A stretch of 64,000 nt of DNA, taken from positions 30,489 through 94,488 of the forward strand of contig DUPN01000100.1 of the NCBI GenBank assembly GCA_012838305.1, read 5' to 3'. Both the position numbers and the translations under genes were made by a program. Shown piece by piece: positions 35,206 to 42,768 of this stretch. How positions within the stretch are numbered: position 1 is the stretch's first letter; each line of letters opens with the position of its first letter. The notes under the pieces were generated by a model. It saw only the letters and a program-made list of their open reading frames with translations, did not search any database and had not been told where the DNA came from. The DNA is from Bacillota bacterium. GTDB lineage: Bacteria; Bacillota; Limnochordia; Darwinibacteriales; Darwinibacteriaceae.

Positions 35206-36039
35206 TTGATTGCCATCTATGCCCGGGTGAGTACAGAGGAACAGGCTAAACATGGTTTTAGCATTCCAGCTCAAATTAGGGAGTGTCAGAACCTGATTGG
35301 TCACAGGCAGGCCCTGGTCTTCTCTGACCAGGGTGTTTCCGGGGAGACTCTGATCAGACCCGCCTTAGAGGAGCTGCGCCAAAGGATCGAAGTAGGCGAG
35401 ATCAGTGCCGTCTACTGCCTGGATCCTGATCGTCTCTCCCGCAAACTCCTGCACCAGCTCTTACTGACGGAGGAGTGGGAGCGGAAGGGGATAGCCCTGC
35501 ATTTCGTGCATGGTGACTACAAGAAGACGCCGGAGGGAAATCTCTTTTATGCACTCAGGGGAGCAATTTCCGAATTCGAGAAGGCCAAGATTACCGAGCG
35601 CATGTGCCGTGGACGCAGGGAAAAGGCACGGCAGGGCCGGGTACTTAGGGACTTTCAAATCTATGGGTATGACTTTGATAGTCAACATGAACAGCTGATA
35701 ATCAATGGGAGGGAAGCGCAAACAGTGCAGCGCATCTTCCACTCTATCGCTACCGCCAAACCTGGAATGGAAAGCATATCGGCCATCGCCAGGACTCTGA
35801 CCAGGGAGGGGGTACCCACCAAACGAGGGGCCAAGATCTGGCATCGCCAGGTGGTCAGGCAGATTCTCAGTAACCGTACCTACCTGGGGGAATTCTACCA
35901 GAATAAGTGGGATGCATCAGGTGCTCGGGTTCGGCTGCGTCCCCGAGCCGAGTGGATTCTGATTCCCTGCCCGCGGATCATTGATCCGCAGCTCTTTGGG
36001 GAGGTCCAGGAGGTTCTGTCAGTGAACTCGAGATCTTAA
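35206..36039 (+). CDS. serine recombinase (SpoIVCA-like) with only the catalytic and recombinase domains, 277 aa
   Basis: TTG start behind GAGGTGG. IAIYARVSTEEQ (Ser nucleophile), CLDPDRLSR, LRGAISEFEKAKITER (helix E), then recombinase-domain blocks YGYDF, RIFHSI, WHRQVVRQILSNRTYLGE and PRIIDPQLFGEVQEVL. It ends where the zinc-ribbon domain normally begins. Confidence 0.85.
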   Translation: MIAIYARVSTEEQAKHGFSIPAQIRECQNLIGHRQALVFSDQGVSGETLIRPALEELRQRIEVGEISAVYCLDPDRLSRKLLHQLLLTEEWERKGIALHFVHGDYKKTPEGNLFYALRGAISEFEKAKITERMCRGRREKARQGRVLRDFQIYGYDFDSQHEQLIINGREAQTVQRIFHSIATAKPGMESISAIARTLTREGVPTKRGAKIWHRQVVRQILSNRTYLGEFYQNKWDASGARVRLRPRAEWILIPCPRIIDPQLFGEVQEVLSVNSRS

Positions 36040-36041
36040 TG
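36018..36041 (+). repeat. attR junction: GTCAGTGAACTC-GA-GATCTTAATG
   Basis: The element-side arm lies inside the recombinase 3' codons. The sigK-side arm contains the recombinase TAA and the sigK codons ILM. Confidence 0.6.
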
Positions 36042-36386
36042 CATCTGCGCACCACAAAGCGGGTCCGTCAGGAAATCAAACTTTACGAGCCCATTGGCTC
36101 GGACCGGGACGGCAATGAGATCAGCCTGATGGATATTCTCAGTTCCGATGAAGACGAGGTTTTAGACACCGTGGTTTTGAACATGGACCGCAGTCTCTTA
36201 AAGGACCGTTTTCACTGTTTATCCCCGCGGGAACAAACGGTATTGGAATTAAGATTCGGTCTAGGCGATCATGAAAAGCTGACCCAGCGGCAGATTGGCC
36301 GTCATCTCGGGATCTCCCGTTCCTACGTCTCCCGCATCGAAAAGAGGGCTTTGGGCAAACTACTGCATGAAATGGGACCGTCTTAA
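36033..36386 (+). CDS. sigK: sporulation sigma factor SigK, 3' segment (regions 3-4; spoIIIC-like)
   Basis: (I)LMHLRTTKR..., LYEPIGSDRDGNEISLMDIL, and the region 4.2 HTH TQRQIGRHLGISRSYVSRIEKRALGKL. It continues the frame of the 5' segment after element removal. Confidence 0.92.
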   Translation: MLMHLRTTKRVRQEIKLYEPIGSDRDGNEISLMDILSSDEDEVLDTVVLNMDRSLLKDRFHCLSPREQTVLELRFGLGDHEKLTQRQIGRHLGISRSYVSRIEKRALGKLLHEMGPS

Positions 36387-36409
36387 CTGCCAAGTTAAGG
36401 ACGTTTTTT
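36379..36409 (+). terminator. intrinsic terminator of sigK
   Basis: CGTCTTAAC-tgccaa-GTTAAGGACG (one bulge) followed by T6. The stem includes the sigK stop codon. Confidence 0.6.
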
Positions 36410-36479
36410 CCAGGGCACATACAGCTGGGGCTAGATCTATGGTATAATTGGTTGAAATCAAGAAAACGGAGTTGCACTG

Positions 36480-37016
36480 ATGAATATGCTGGTTCCAGAC
36501 GTGATTTGTGAGAGTGTCTTTGCCATTGACTTTGGCCAGTTGAAAAACCGGGGGATTCGCGGCCTCTTAATTGACATTGACAACACTTTGGTCCCCTGGG
36601 GTGAGCCTCAGATGGAAGAGGCGTTTGTGGCCTGGGTTAAGAGGGCTAAGGAAGAGGGGTTCGCGCTCTGTTTGGTTTCCAATGCCATCAAAAACCGGGC
36701 CCAGAGCTTTGCCGCACTTTTGGAGATTCCCGCTGTGGGACGAGCATTGAAGCCCTTAGGGCGCGCTTTCCGCCGGGGGATGCAGGAACTGGGCCTATCT
36801 CCCAAGGAAGTAGCGGTTGTGGGCGATCAGCTCTTCACCGATGTCCTCGGCGGCAACCGCCTGGGCATTTACACAATTCTCATCAATCCCTTAAGCCGCA
36901 GTGAGCTGGGGACAACGAAATTGGTGCGCAGAATGGAATGCAGAGCGCTGGATCGCCTGGTAAAGCAGGGGAAGGTCAGCAAACAGTCGCTGCAAATCCG
37001 GCGAGGGGGCCAATAG
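36480..37016 (+). CDS. yqeG: YqeG family HAD-IIIA phosphatase
   Basis: 178 aa. LLIDIDNTLVPWG and VGDQLFTDVLGGN, with the conserved position upstream of yqeH. Confidence 0.85.
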   Translation: MNMLVPDVICESVFAIDFGQLKNRGIRGLLIDIDNTLVPWGEPQMEEAFVAWVKRAKEEGFALCLVSNAIKNRAQSFAALLEIPAVGRALKPLGRAFRRGMQELGLSPKEVAVVGDQLFTDVLGGNRLGIYTILINPLSRSELGTTKLVRRMECRALDRLVKQGKVSKQSLQIRRGGQ

Positions 37017-37017
37017 G

Positions 37018-38115
37018 ATGGACCAGGACTATTGTCTCGGATGTGGGGCTGCGCTGCAAAGCAGCGAACCAGGACAGTTCGGTTTTGTTCCGGAGCATCT
37101 CAGGGCCGATGGGGCCCGTCTTTGCCAGCGCTGCTTCAGGATTACCCACTATGGACAGGTGGAAGGCGGTCTTCTCTCCAAAGAGGAGTCGCTGGAGTCC
37201 ATTCGCGCCGGCGTGGCTTGGTCATCCGGTGTTTGCCTTGTCCTGGACTTGCTGGACTTTGAAGCTGGACTCCCCAGGGAGCTCCTTGCTTTGCTGCGGG
37301 GGAAGAAGATGATCGTGGCCATCAACAAGGTGGATCTAGTTCCCGAGCAAACACCCTTGGACGAAGTCGGTCGATGGGTGGAGGAGCGCCTGAGGCAATA
37401 TGGGCTGCCTCCGATGCAGACAGCCTTAATTAGTGCAGTTACGGGCCATGGGTTCCCGCATCTGGCCGATCTCTTGGGTGAACTGGGCCGCAAGATCATG
37501 TTTGTGGGCATCACCAATGTGGGCAAGTCCAGCGTATTGCGGCGCTTGCTGCACATGCGAATCAGCGGTGGGAAAAGGAGTAAGATCCAGCCCACCATCT
37601 CACCCTATCCAGGTACTACAGTCAATGTATCCCGCTGGCACTGTCCAGGCGGTTTAGTCTTGGCCGATTCTCCAGGTTATGTCCCCCAAGGCCGTATCAG
37701 CGATCTGGTCAGTCTAGAGTGGGCACGGAAGATCATCCCCCATAAGAAGCTCAGTTCCCATCTGTATCCCTTGCAGGCTGGTGATATTGTCTTTGTCCAA
37801 GCTCTCTGTGGGGTGGAATGTCTCTCCAGCCAGGGCCAGGGGCTGGTGTTGGGATTTACGGGCTCAGGGGTAAAGTGGCAGAAGTCGTCCAGTCGGCATT
37901 TAGACAAATGGCTGGGAAAGACCAGTGATCAGGCCCTGATCACCCACTGGGAGGAGCATCTGATCCGGCTTGAACCAGGCGAAGATCTGACCGTAAACGG
38001 ACTTGGCTGGGTCTCGGCCCGCAAAGCCCGCTACGAACTGCGGCTGCATGTCCCAGGGGGAGTGCACTTTGGTGTGCGTCCTAATTTGATTGGTCCCAAG
38101 CGCAGGAAAAACTAA
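37018..38115 (+). CDS. yqeH: ribosome biogenesis GTPase YqeH
   Basis: N-terminal zinc finger CLGCG...CQRCF, and a circularly permuted GTPase (NKVDL before GITNVGKSS). Confidence 0.9.
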   Translation: MDQDYCLGCGAALQSSEPGQFGFVPEHLRADGARLCQRCFRITHYGQVEGGLLSKEESLESIRAGVAWSSGVCLVLDLLDFEAGLPRELLALLRGKKMIVAINKVDLVPEQTPLDEVGRWVEERLRQYGLPPMQTALISAVTGHGFPHLADLLGELGRKIMFVGITNVGKSSVLRRLLHMRISGGKRSKIQPTISPYPGTTVNVSRWHCPGGLVLADSPGYVPQGRISDLVSLEWARKIIPHKKLSSHLYPLQAGDIVFVQALCGVECLSSQGQGLVLGFTGSGVKWQKSSSRHLDKWLGKTSDQALITHWEEHLIRLEPGEDLTVNGLGWVSARKARYELRLHVPGGVHFGVRPNLIGPKRRKN

Positions 38116-38141
38116 AATTCCAGCGAAATTTGGCATAAAGC

Positions 38142-38188
38142 TCGTCCTCCTTGCACATACTATTACTATCAGGGATCAAGGAGGATGA
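38142..38188 (+). promoter_or_regulatory. anti-Shine-Dalgarno hairpin (12-bp stem) masking the RBS of the downstream small ORF
   Basis: TCGTCCTCCTTG (38142-38153) pairs with CAAGGAGGATGA (38177-38188), with one G-U pair and a 23-nt loop. No T-tract follows. Confidence 0.4.
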
Positions 38189-38191
38189 CAG

Positions 38192-38398
38192 ATGGTATCG
38201 TTTGTTTACGAGACGGCTGTGCACTGCCAGTCCAGTGACGAGCTTCTTGTGGAGATTCAACAGACCGTCCGGCAGCTGAGAGACTCCCATCCAGAGCTCG
38301 AGCAATGCACCTTAGCCGATGTATCTCTCAGAAAAAGGAAAGAGGCGGTCGACGTCACACTTTTCTTTCACCCCAGTGGGGCGGTGCAACCCCATTAG
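38192..38398 (+). CDS. small hypothetical protein (68 aa)
   Basis: Strong AAGGAGGA RBS 7 nt upstream. No family recognised. Confidence 0.45.
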   Translation: MVSFVYETAVHCQSSDELLVEIQQTVRQLRDSHPELEQCTLADVSLRKRKEAVDVTLFFHPSGAVQPH

Positions 38399-38486
38399 GG
38401 GTTTTTCTTTTGCCGAGCAAGATGTTAGCAGGAGTTTCCATTGAATACATAGAAAAAGTGAACAGTATGCAAGGAGGAGGTTGATT

Positions 38487-39548
38487 ATGGAGCGAATAAC
38501 CCGAATTCGAGAGCGTCTTGACGGGGAAGGGGCCGACGTGTTCCTGGTCTCCAATCCAGTGAACAGACGTTATTTGACTGGCTTCACCGGTTCGGCGGGA
38601 TTGGTCTGGATCTCCAGCACCAGACAGGCTATTCTCACGGACTTTCGCTACTTTGAACAGGTGAAAACGCAATGCCCCGACTGGGAATTGGTGCGGATTG
38701 AGAACTACACCGATGCCCTCCAAGCCTTAATCGAAGAGGAACATGTTCAATCAATCGCTTTTGAGAAAGACCATGTGACAGTGGAGCAGATCGAAGGCTG
38801 GCAGGAAAAGCTCTCGGTACAATTCAGGGGAATCAGCGGCTGGGTGCAAGAATTGCGCATGATCAAGACAGAAGAGGAGATTGCTAACATTAGGAAGGCT
38901 GCCCAGATCGCAGATGAGGCCTTCGCTCAGCTTTTGCCCACCCTCCGTTCAGGCCTAACAGAAATCGAAGCAGCCCTGGAACTCGAGTTTTTGATGCGCA
39001 AGGCTGGGGCCTCCGGTCTGTCCTTTGATCCCATCGTGGCTTCAGGACCCCAAAGCGCTCTGCCCCACGCTAGACCAGGGGAGCGCGTCCTGAGCGTAGG
39101 TGACTTTGTGGTCTTCGACTTCGGCGCCATAGTAAACGGTTACTGCTCCGACATGACCAGAACAGTGCTCATCGGGGAACCGGAGGAAAAGCACCTGCTC
39201 ATTTACGATTTAGTGCTCAAGGCACAGGTGAGCGCATTACAGGCCGTGGCACCTGGAAAAACAGGGGCTGAGATTGATGCCATTGCCCGGGATATCATTG
39301 GTGAAATGGGCTATGGTCCGTATTTTGGGCACGGCCTGGGACACAGTCTCGGTTTGGAGGTTCATGAAAACCCCCGTCTGTCCAAGACAGATCAAACGAT
39401 TCTTGAGCCGGGTATGATCGTCACCGTCGAGCCAGGAGTGTACCTGCCGGGCTTCGGCGGCGTCAGAATCGAGGATCTGGTCCTAGTTACAGAGGATGGT
39501 CATGATGTGCTGACCTCTACGTTTAAAGAGCTGTATGTGGTAGAGTAA
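38487..39548 (+). CDS. M24B Xaa-Pro aminopeptidase (YqhT/PepP-like)
   Basis: [29 protein letters not shown] and GVRIEDLV metal-ligand blocks. ATG 38487 behind AAGGAGGAGG. Confidence 0.9.
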   Translation: MERITRIRERLDGEGADVFLVSNPVNRRYLTGFTGSAGLVWISSTRQAILTDFRYFEQVKTQCPDWELVRIENYTDALQALIEEEHVQSIAFEKDHVTVEQIEGWQEKLSVQFRGISGWVQELRMIKTEEEIANIRKAAQIADEAFAQLLPTLRSGLTEIEAALELEFLMRKAGASGLSFDPIVASGPQSALPHARPGERVLSVGDFVVFDFGAIVNGYCSDMTRTVLIGEPEEKHLLIYDLVLKAQVSALQAVAPGKTGAEIDAIARDIIGEMGYGPYFGHGLGHSLGLEVHENPRLSKTDQTILEPGMIVTVEPGVYLPGFGGVRIEDLVLVTEDGHDVLTSTFKELYVVE

Positions 39549-39558
39549 GGAGGAAGCG

Positions 39559-40116
39559 ATGATCTCGGTAAATGATTTGCGAACAGGAGTTACAGTGGAA
39601 ATCGATGGTGACATCTACAGCGTGGTGGACTTTCTCCACGTTAAGCCTGGGAAGGGAGCAGCCTTTGTCCGAACCAAACTGAAAAACATTCGCACCGGTG
39701 CAAGTGTTGAACGAACCTTTCGGGCCGGGGAGCGCATTTCCAGAGCCCATATTGAAACCAAGCAGATGCAGTACTTGTACAGCGCTGATGATGAGTATTT
39801 TTTCATGGACATGACAACCTATGATCAGATCGCTTTGCACGCGGAAGATTTAGGTGATGCCCCAAAATACCTCTTGGAGAATATGACCATCGGAATTCAG
39901 TTCTACGAGAACCAAGCTGTGGGAGTGGATTTGCCAACCACGGTGGTTTTGGAAGTAACCCACACAGAGCCGGGATTCAAAGGTGATACGGCGCAGGGGG
40001 CGACGAAGCCCGCTGTGTTGCAGACAGGTATTACAGTCCAGGTGCCCTTATTTGTGGAGCAAGGTCAGATGGTGAAGGTAGACACTAGGACAGGAGAGTA
40101 TCTCTCCCGAGCCTAA
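39559..40116 (+). CDS. efp: elongation factor P
   Basis: MISVNDLRTGVTVEIDGDIY..VVDFLHVKPGKGAAFVRTKLKN. 185 aa. Confidence 0.97.
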   Translation: MISVNDLRTGVTVEIDGDIYSVVDFLHVKPGKGAAFVRTKLKNIRTGASVERTFRAGERISRAHIETKQMQYLYSADDEYFFMDMTTYDQIALHAEDLGDAPKYLLENMTIGIQFYENQAVGVDLPTTVVLEVTHTEPGFKGDTAQGATKPAVLQTGITVQVPLFVEQGQMVKVDTRTGEYLSRA

Positions 40117-40136
40117 GCCGACAGAAAAAACAGGGG

Positions 40137-40616
40137 GTGGATTTGTTGGAAACGGTACGAGAGAAGATTGCCTATTTACGCGGGATCATTGATGGCGATC
40201 CTTCCATGGAGGAGGGACGAAACAGCTTTTTGTTCACGAAGCTTCTGCAGATTTTGGAGGATCTGGCCGATGAAGTAGAGTATTTGGCTGGAGCCCAGGA
40301 CGACTTGGACGATTATCTGCAGGAAGTAGATTTCGACCTGGCGTATCTAGAGGATGAGTTTTTCCAGGATGACGATGACAGGTTCGACTTCGACGACCAG
40401 GATGGCGACTGGGAGGATTCTGTGGAAGGCTCTCTGGTAGAAGTCGAGTGTCCAGAGTGCGAGGATATTGTCACATTCGACGAAGATTTCTTATTTGACC
40501 AAGGCGTACAAATTCGATGCCCCCGTTGCGATGCTGTCGTATTTGAAACGGATGATTTCGAGGATTTTGAAGAACTCTTTGACGAAGATATTGGTGAGAG
40601 CGAAGACGATGACTAG
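40137..40616 (+). CDS. highly acidic protein with C-terminal CxxC...CxxC zinc ribbon
   Basis: 159 aa. CPECEDIV...RCPRCDAVV, long D/E runs, located directly upstream of spoIIIA. Confidence 0.6.
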   Translation: MDLLETVREKIAYLRGIIDGDPSMEEGRNSFLFTKLLQILEDLADEVEYLAGAQDDLDDYLQEVDFDLAYLEDEFFQDDDDRFDFDDQDGDWEDSVEGSLVEVECPECEDIVTFDEDFLFDQGVQIRCPRCDAVVFETDDFEDFEELFDEDIGESEDDD

Positions 40617-40643
40617 GTAGTCAATTCGTTATGAAGCCAAGAG

Positions 40644-40672
40644 GGTTGCCCCCAGTGGGGCAACCTTTTTTT
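40644..40672 (+). terminator. intrinsic terminator
   Basis: GGTTGCCCC-agt-GGGGCAACC followed by T8. Confidence 0.8.
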
Positions 40673-40675
40673 GTG

Positions 40676-40704
40676 TCATACCTTGTCCCTCTTTTGCATA
40701 TAGT
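40676..40704 (+). promoter_or_regulatory. candidate sigma-E promoter of the spoIIIA operon (TCATACC-N14-CATATAGT)
   Basis: Close to the sigma-E consensus as I recall it (kmATATT ... CATACAMT). spoIIIA is sigma-E dependent in B. subtilis. Confidence 0.45.
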
Positions 40705-40725
40705 GTGGCAAAGGGTGAGTTAACC

Positions 40726-41622
40726 ATGGAGAAGTATCTATCTCCGACTTTGCGGGCCATTGTTCAGCAAGCTGCCTTACCTGCACTGGAAGAAATTCGG
40801 ATCCGCCTGAATCGACCCCTTATGGTCAAGAACCGGCAGGGATTCCGATTCCTATCCATCCAGGGGCAGCCGACCTCGGCTGCCCACGCTTACATTGTGA
40901 ACAGAGATGATCTAGAGCGCACCTTGCAGCTCGTGACAGAGAATTCTTGGTACGCCTGGGAACAGGAGATTCAAGGGGGGTATTTGACGCTTCCCGGAGG
41001 ACACCGGGTAGGCCTGGGAGGAAAGGCGGTGTACGCAGCGGGGAAGCTCAAGACGATCAAACATGTTTCGTCTCTTAACTTCCGACAGGCCAGGGCAGTT
41101 GTGGGTGCAGCCGATCCAATTATAGGCAAGGTGGCCCCAAAAGACAGTCCCAGGATCCTTTCCACCCTAATTGTCTCTCCCCCCGGGTGCGGCAAAACTA
41201 CATTGCTGCGGGATCTCACCCGTCAGGTGGCCAATCGGGGCTTCCAGGTGGTCGTAATCGATGAACGCTCCGAGATCGCTTCGTCCTACCGGGGTGTGCC
41301 CCAGTTGGATGTGGGCCTGCAAACCGATGTCCTGGATGGATACGATAAGGAACTCGGCGTGAACCACGCCCTGCGAGGTTTAGGCCCAGAAGTGGTGGTA
41401 ACAGATGAAATCGGTCACGGCGGGGATGCCCGCATCCTGGCAGAGCTGGCCCGCAGCGGGGTCAGGGTGATCGCCACATGCCATGGAGAGTCCTGGGAAC
41501 AGCTGCAAAGTAGAAGCTGGGCCCAGGGTTCGTTGGAGATGTTTGAGTTGGTGGTCTTCCTATCTCGACGCAGGGGTCCGGGCACTATCGAATCGGTTCT
41601 AACAGTAAACAGGGGTTCATAA
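40726..41622 (+). CDS. spoIIIAA: stage III sporulation protein AA (ATPase)
   Basis: Walker A SPPGCGKTTLLRDL, Walker B VVVIDE, and first position in an eight-gene spoIIIA array. ATG 40726 chosen. Confidence 0.9.
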   Translation: MEKYLSPTLRAIVQQAALPALEEIRIRLNRPLMVKNRQGFRFLSIQGQPTSAAHAYIVNRDDLERTLQLVTENSWYAWEQEIQGGYLTLPGGHRVGLGGKAVYAAGKLKTIKHVSSLNFRQARAVVGAADPIIGKVAPKDSPRILSTLIVSPPGCGKTTLLRDLTRQVANRGFQVVVIDERSEIASSYRGVPQLDVGLQTDVLDGYDKELGVNHALRGLGPEVVVTDEIGHGGDARILAELARSGVRVIATCHGESWEQLQSRSWAQGSLEMFELVVFLSRRRGPGTIESVLTVNRGS

Positions 41623-41643
41623 AATAAGGAGGACAGGGGTGAG

Positions 41644-42159
41644 GTGGTGAAGTTTTTTGCCGTCGGCCTTATTCTTTTCTCTTGCGGAGCCATGGGAATA
41701 CTTATAGCCCGCAGTTTCGCCCAGCGAGTGCACAATCTCCGCGAACTGATTCGGCTAGTTCAGATTTTGGAATCGGAGATTCAGTTTGCCCGAACAACCC
41801 TCCCTACGGTCATCAGTGCCCAGGCTCAGCAGTTTTCAGGTGAGGTGGGTGAATTCTTGCATACCCTGGATACAAAGCTCAAAGCAGGAACGGGCGAGTC
41901 CTTCTCCCTCATTTGGTGCGAGGGCCTGAGCACATTAGCGAAAAACGGCCTGCCCCCATTCGCCCTGGAGGATCTGCAAAACCTGGGGCCCGTGTTGGGC
42001 ACCAGTGACGCTCGGGAGCAGAGCAAACACTTGGGCGCACTGCTCAGGCGGTTGGAGCAGGCCTTAAGCCAGGCCAGAGAGGAGTGCCAAAAACAAAGCC
42101 GTCTCTGGCTGTACTTAGGTTTTTCCGCTGGCCTGCTCATTGTCTTACTTCTGCTCTAA
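41644..42159 (+). CDS. spoIIIAB: stage III sporulation protein AB
   Basis: 171 aa with TM helices at both termini. Aligns by eye with B. subtilis SpoIIIAB. Confidence 0.8.
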   Translation: MVKFFAVGLILFSCGAMGILIARSFAQRVHNLRELIRLVQILESEIQFARTTLPTVISAQAQQFSGEVGEFLHTLDTKLKAGTGESFSLIWCEGLSTLAKNGLPPFALEDLQNLGPVLGTSDAREQSKHLGALLRRLEQALSQAREECQKQSRLWLYLGFSAGLLIVLLLL

Positions 42160-42168
42160 GGAGGGAAC

Positions 42169-42369
42169 ATGGTGACCGATTTATCTCCCATTTACCGCAT
42201 CGCCGGCCTGGGCATTTTGGTGGCGGTACTCAACATTTTCCTCGTGCAGGCTGACCGCAAGGAACAGGCCCAAATGCTGAGCCTGGCCGGAGTGATCATT
42301 GTCTTGCTCTGGCTGGTCCAGATGGTGGCACAGCTTTTCTCCGATGTGGAAGCGGTTTTTAGGTGGTGA
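42169..42369 (+). CDS. spoIIIAC: stage III sporulation protein AC
   Basis: 66-aa two-TM protein at the expected position and size. Confidence 0.85.
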   Translation: MVTDLSPIYRIAGLGILVAVLNIFLVQADRKEQAQMLSLAGVIIVLLWLVQMVAQLFSDVEAVFRW

Positions 42370-42375
42370 TGGACT

Positions 42376-42768
42376 GTGCTCTGGCTTCCCATGGTGATTG
42401 GACTTGGCGTGGTGCTCACCGTCTTCCAGGCCCAGCTTCGAGAAGAACAGCCGAGTTGGGCTGTCTTGGTGGGTACTGCTTTTGTGGCCTTGATCTTCTT
42501 GGCCCTGCTGCCCCAGTTTAACAGTCTATTCCAAGCCGTCACGGCCTTGGCCAGGGAAGCCCAAGTGAGCTCACTCTATCTCAATCCTGTGCTAAAAACA
42601 ATTGGTGTGGCTTATCTAACCTCATTTGGGGCCCAGATCAGCCGAGAAGCTGGCGAAGAGGCTATTTCCGGCGTGATAGAACTGGCGGGGAAACTCGTCA
42701 TTCTCCTGATCGCCTTGCCGCTCCTACAGGCAATTTTGCACACTCTCTTTGGCATACTGGGCTTTTAG
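42376..42768 (+). CDS. spoIIIAD: stage III sporulation protein AD
   Basis: 130-aa polytopic membrane protein at the expected position and size. Confidence 0.85.
   Translation: MLWLPMVIGLGVVLTVFQAQLREEQPSWAVLVGTAFVALIFLALLPQFNSLFQAVTALAREAQVSSLYLNPVLKTIGVAYLTSFGAQISREAGEEAISGVIELAGKLVILLIALPLLQAILHTLFGILGF

Larger units (their letters stand above)
32070..36031 (+). mobile_element. sigK intervening (skin-like) element, 3,962 bp, three genes
   Basis: Bounded by GAGA at 32068-32071 and 36030-36033. Removing it restores the sigK frame exactly. It carries a serine recombinase at its right end. Confidence 0.8.

Noticed and set aside
34470-35216. Long (248-aa) form of the pgmB ORF overlapping the recombinase start
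   Set aside because: The beta-PGM homology begins at MDLQLAIFDLDG, and that ATG (35126) has an AAGAGGAGG RBS. The upstream 30 codons look like intergenic read-through.
32070-36031. Interpreting the sigK element as a prophage or prophage remnant
   Set aside because: It has no capsid, tail, terminase, lysis or repressor genes and no spare room. 3.96 kb is filled by GH65, pgmB and the recombinase.
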